Shown piece by piece: positions 60,701 to 64,000 of a stretch of DNA of 64,000 nt (within the stretch, counting starts at the first letter, position 1; every line of letters begins with the position of its first letter). Source of the stretch: Ranitomeya imitator (taxonomy: Eukaryota); contig NC_091284.1 in the NCBI RefSeq assembly GCF_032444005.1, positions 191,518,001 to 191,582,000 of the forward strand, given 5' to 3'. The notes beneath the pieces were generated by a model that saw nothing but the letters and a program-made list of their open reading frames with translations, did no database searches and was not told the origin of the DNA. The position numbers and the translations under genes are program-made.

Positions 60701-63184
60701 CAAATAAGATAAATATCCCAAGAAATTTCTCGACTTTCTACAGTCTTGAGTAGTAGTCAGTATAATATCTTCAAACTATGACCAATTTTTACTACTACAT
60801 AGAGATTTAATAATGCTCCCATGAAATGCCTAAATAAAAATACTCTGCAATTATAAGTGATAACACAACACCTAGACTAAAGGCCCCTATGCACATTAGA
60901 GACCATCAGACATTTGATGTTTATGAGGGTCTCTTTCTATTCCCCAACAATGTTTGGGAAGATAAGGCTCTAAGATGGCTGATCCTCTATTTTTAGGGAA
61001 CATAAGTGGCTGACAAAGGTCTCTAATATAAGCTTTCTTCCCTCTACCCAAGCTCATGTGTAAGGGGGAGTTTGAAGAGATAGCCATTGGCCAATCAAGG
61101 TTTTTTTCTGATATGTCATGTTTATAGTCAGCTTTAGACCATACCACCATAAAGTTACAGTATAATACTGTGTGCCCTCTATGACTGATTGGTGAGTTTC
61201 CATACTGCGTATTTTTGCTGCGCAAAAAAACACAATGTCTTATAGTTCCAAAGATGCTGCAAAGTGAATGGGATTTAAAGAAATCTCATGCCCATTGTGC
61301 TTTTTTTGTTACTCAGCGTAAATTGACCTATGTGGCATGTTTCAAATCTGCAACGTGTCAACTCCTCTTGGGACTACGATAAATTTTATATACTGATTTT
61401 CATCATAGAATTTCAGTAGATCTCAAAAATTCCACAAGTAAAAAACATATGTATTTCTAGTTTGGAAATGCACTGAAAACGATTGTAATCCGCACATGAT
61501 GGTATCAATACAATTTTTTTTAAAACCAAATACCAGATACTGCCAGGAATGTCAAACCAAAAAGAGACAAAAACTGCAGAGTCAAAAACATAATGAAAAC
61601 ACAAGTAAAAAAAAACACACAAAAACGTAATACAAAATGCACGTAACCAAATTTACATAATAGGTGGAGAAATTCTCTGACATCAATAACTCACCAAATC
61701 ATGTGAATGAATGAAGCCTCATGGTAACATACCAGTTGTGATCTGCAGGGCAGTATCATGGTGACCCCTGGACAAATGATTGTTGCCTGATCCAATGGGA
61801 GAGGAACCTCTTTCTACTAAAGGGGGTCCAAAGTGCGAAACTTGCCATCTACCCTGAGCTTATAATTGTCCCAACATGCAAGTTCTTCAGGTGAAAAAAA
61901 TAATTTTGGAAGAACATTGTTAGAAATCGGAAAAAATAGTACAGTATGTTATGTACATAGAAGAGTTATACTTTTAAATATCCTGTGCATTTAGTAAGTT
62001 TCTTTTTCTTTGACCTGTGAAGGTAGCAGTCTGATAGTTTGAATACAATGTGACTATTGGCAAATGTCTTCTGTGACTGCTTCTAAAAAAATATGTAAAT
62101 CATAGCACATGGGCAGCGAATATGCAGGTCTGTGGACCTTATTGAGAGATCAGTAACAGAGTGATTATATAAATCCAGAATCCACTCATCAACCCTCTGA
62201 GGCCTGGATTAATATAATCACTGTGCACCGGCTTTCCTGGAGATTGATTGTGTGCACGGTAGATTGGGCTTAACTCTTCATATGCTCACTCTACAGACCT
62301 GGGTTGTAAAACAATTCAGACCTCTGCCTTTATATGCTGATTCTGAAAGCAATACACTGATCTGTTATCTATAAAGTGGCTGAGATGTGAATGGAATAAC
62401 ACTGACGTCTCGTTACAATGGAACACAGCAAGGGATGGGATACATATTGCTGTAAGTGAGCTATCAGTTTTTGAAGGTCATGTGTTGGTAGCACGAAATA
62501 GACTGATCTAGGCTGCAATCCAAAGCTGAGCCTTCGGTGAGTTTTTGATGTTTCAGATTTTTTGCTACATTTCTGCCCCTATTAGGGTTCACTCACACGA
62601 GCGAATAAATCAGACTAATGTAATCTGATAAAAAATCGGATAGAACTCTGCCCAATGTTATACTGTGGGGCAGTGCACATTTGCAATTATTTTCTCATAT
62701 CAATCACGGCATGCTGCAAATGGCTGCGAGAATTGGATTGCACGCATCCGTTTGTTAGGTGTCGAGTTCCCGCCTCTGCACAGAAGGAATCTCGAATCAT
62801 CTCCGCTGTGGTCTCCCATTCTCCTCCAGCCACAGTGGAGCCTTCTCAGCAGAGACGTCGATCCCAACGTCTGGCTCAAGCTGATACTGGGCGGCTGGTT
62901 ACAGTGGTCCTTCCAGGCTCAGCCATTGTAACCAGTACTGATCAGCGGCGAGCGGGTGCTCCTGGGACTAAGTCCTGCTTTTCTTCTTCTGAGCATGCCC
63001 AAGGGATGACCTCCCATTGGAGGTCGGGGGTCACATGCTCAGGTCCTGTAGCAGCTCCTATTGGACCACTAGGAAGGTCCCAGAGAGCTTTCGCTATAAA
63101 AGGTTCGCATGGCCGCACGGCTAGTATAAACCTGTTATCGTGTGTGTGTGTGGATGTATGTATGTTCTAGTGATTGCTCCTTAA

Positions 63185-64000
63185 CCCCTTTACCCCCAAG
63201 GGTGGTTTGCACGTTATGGACCGGGCCAATTTTTACAATTCTGACCACTGTCCCTTTATGAGGTTATAACTCTGGAATGCTTCAATGGATCCCGGTGATT
63301 CTGACATTGTTTTCTCGTGACATATTGTACTTCAAGATAGTGGTAAAATTTCTTTGATATTACCTGCGTTTATTTGTGAAAAAAACGAAAATTTGGCGAA
63401 AATTTTGAAAATTTCGCAATTTTCCAACTTTGAATTTTTATGCAATTAAATCACAGAGATATGTCACACAAAATACTTAATAAGTAACATTTCCCACATG
63501 TCTACTTTACATCAGCACAATTTTGGAACCAAAATGTTTTTTGTTAGGGAGTTATAAGGGTTAAAATTTGACCAGCAATTTCTCATTTTTACAACACCAT
63601 TTTATTTTAGGGACCACATCTCATTTGAAGTCATTTTGAGGGGTCTATTTGATAGAAAATACCCAAGTGTGAAACCATTCTAAAAACTGCACCCCTCAAG
63701 GTTCTCAAAACCACATTCAAGAAGTTTATTAACCCTTCAGGTGCTTCACAGGAATTTTTGGAATGTTTAAATAAAAATTAACATTTACCTTTTTTTCACA
63801 AAAAATTTACTTCAGCTCCAATTTGTTTTATTTTACCAAGGGTTACAGGAGAAAATGGACACCAAACTTTGTTGTACAATTTGTCCTGAGTACGCTGACA
63901 CTCCATATGTGGGGGTTACCCACAGTTTGGGCGCATGGCAGAGCTCGGAAGGGAAGGAGCGCCATTTGACTTTTCAATGCAAAATTGACTGGAATTGAGA
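63185..64000 (+). mobile_element. piggyBac-like non-autonomous element running off the right edge
   Basis: TTAA (63181-84) followed by CCCCTT terminus; AT-rich internal sequence related to 59846-60010. Confidence 0.7.

Noticed and set aside
62377-62451. Resemblance of WLRCEW...LQWN to the Cys-loop receptor WLxQEW...LxWN motif
   Set aside because: Spacing is two residues too long, the exon size does not fit, and no other receptor exons were seen.

Overview
Repeat-dense eukaryotic DNA, most consistent with an anuran (frog) genome, inferred from the transposon repertoire (T2/Kolobok-type MITEs, Harbinger MITEs, V-SINE, Tc1, Gmr1-type Gypsy). No host protein-coding gene could be identified with confidence; there are only a few exon-like segments. 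Main structures: (1) an intact Tc1 inserted in opposite orientation into a sister Tc1 copy (3942-7156); (2) a 15.8-kb non-autonomous hAT element (17091-32937) with a BED-finger-only ORF, hierarchical tandem repeats, nested MITEs and a 436-bp fold-back satellite array; (3) Penelope-like relics with decayed hammerhead-ribozyme cores; (4) an LTR element whose only recognisable ORF is a decayed protein ending in a cold-shock domain (44415-46789, minus strand), the best candidate for something undescribed; (5) a full-length Gmr1-type Gypsy element (47729-55911, PR-IN-RT-RH order) flanked by a ~132-bp duplication instead of a normal short TSD. All alignments and counts were made by eye.
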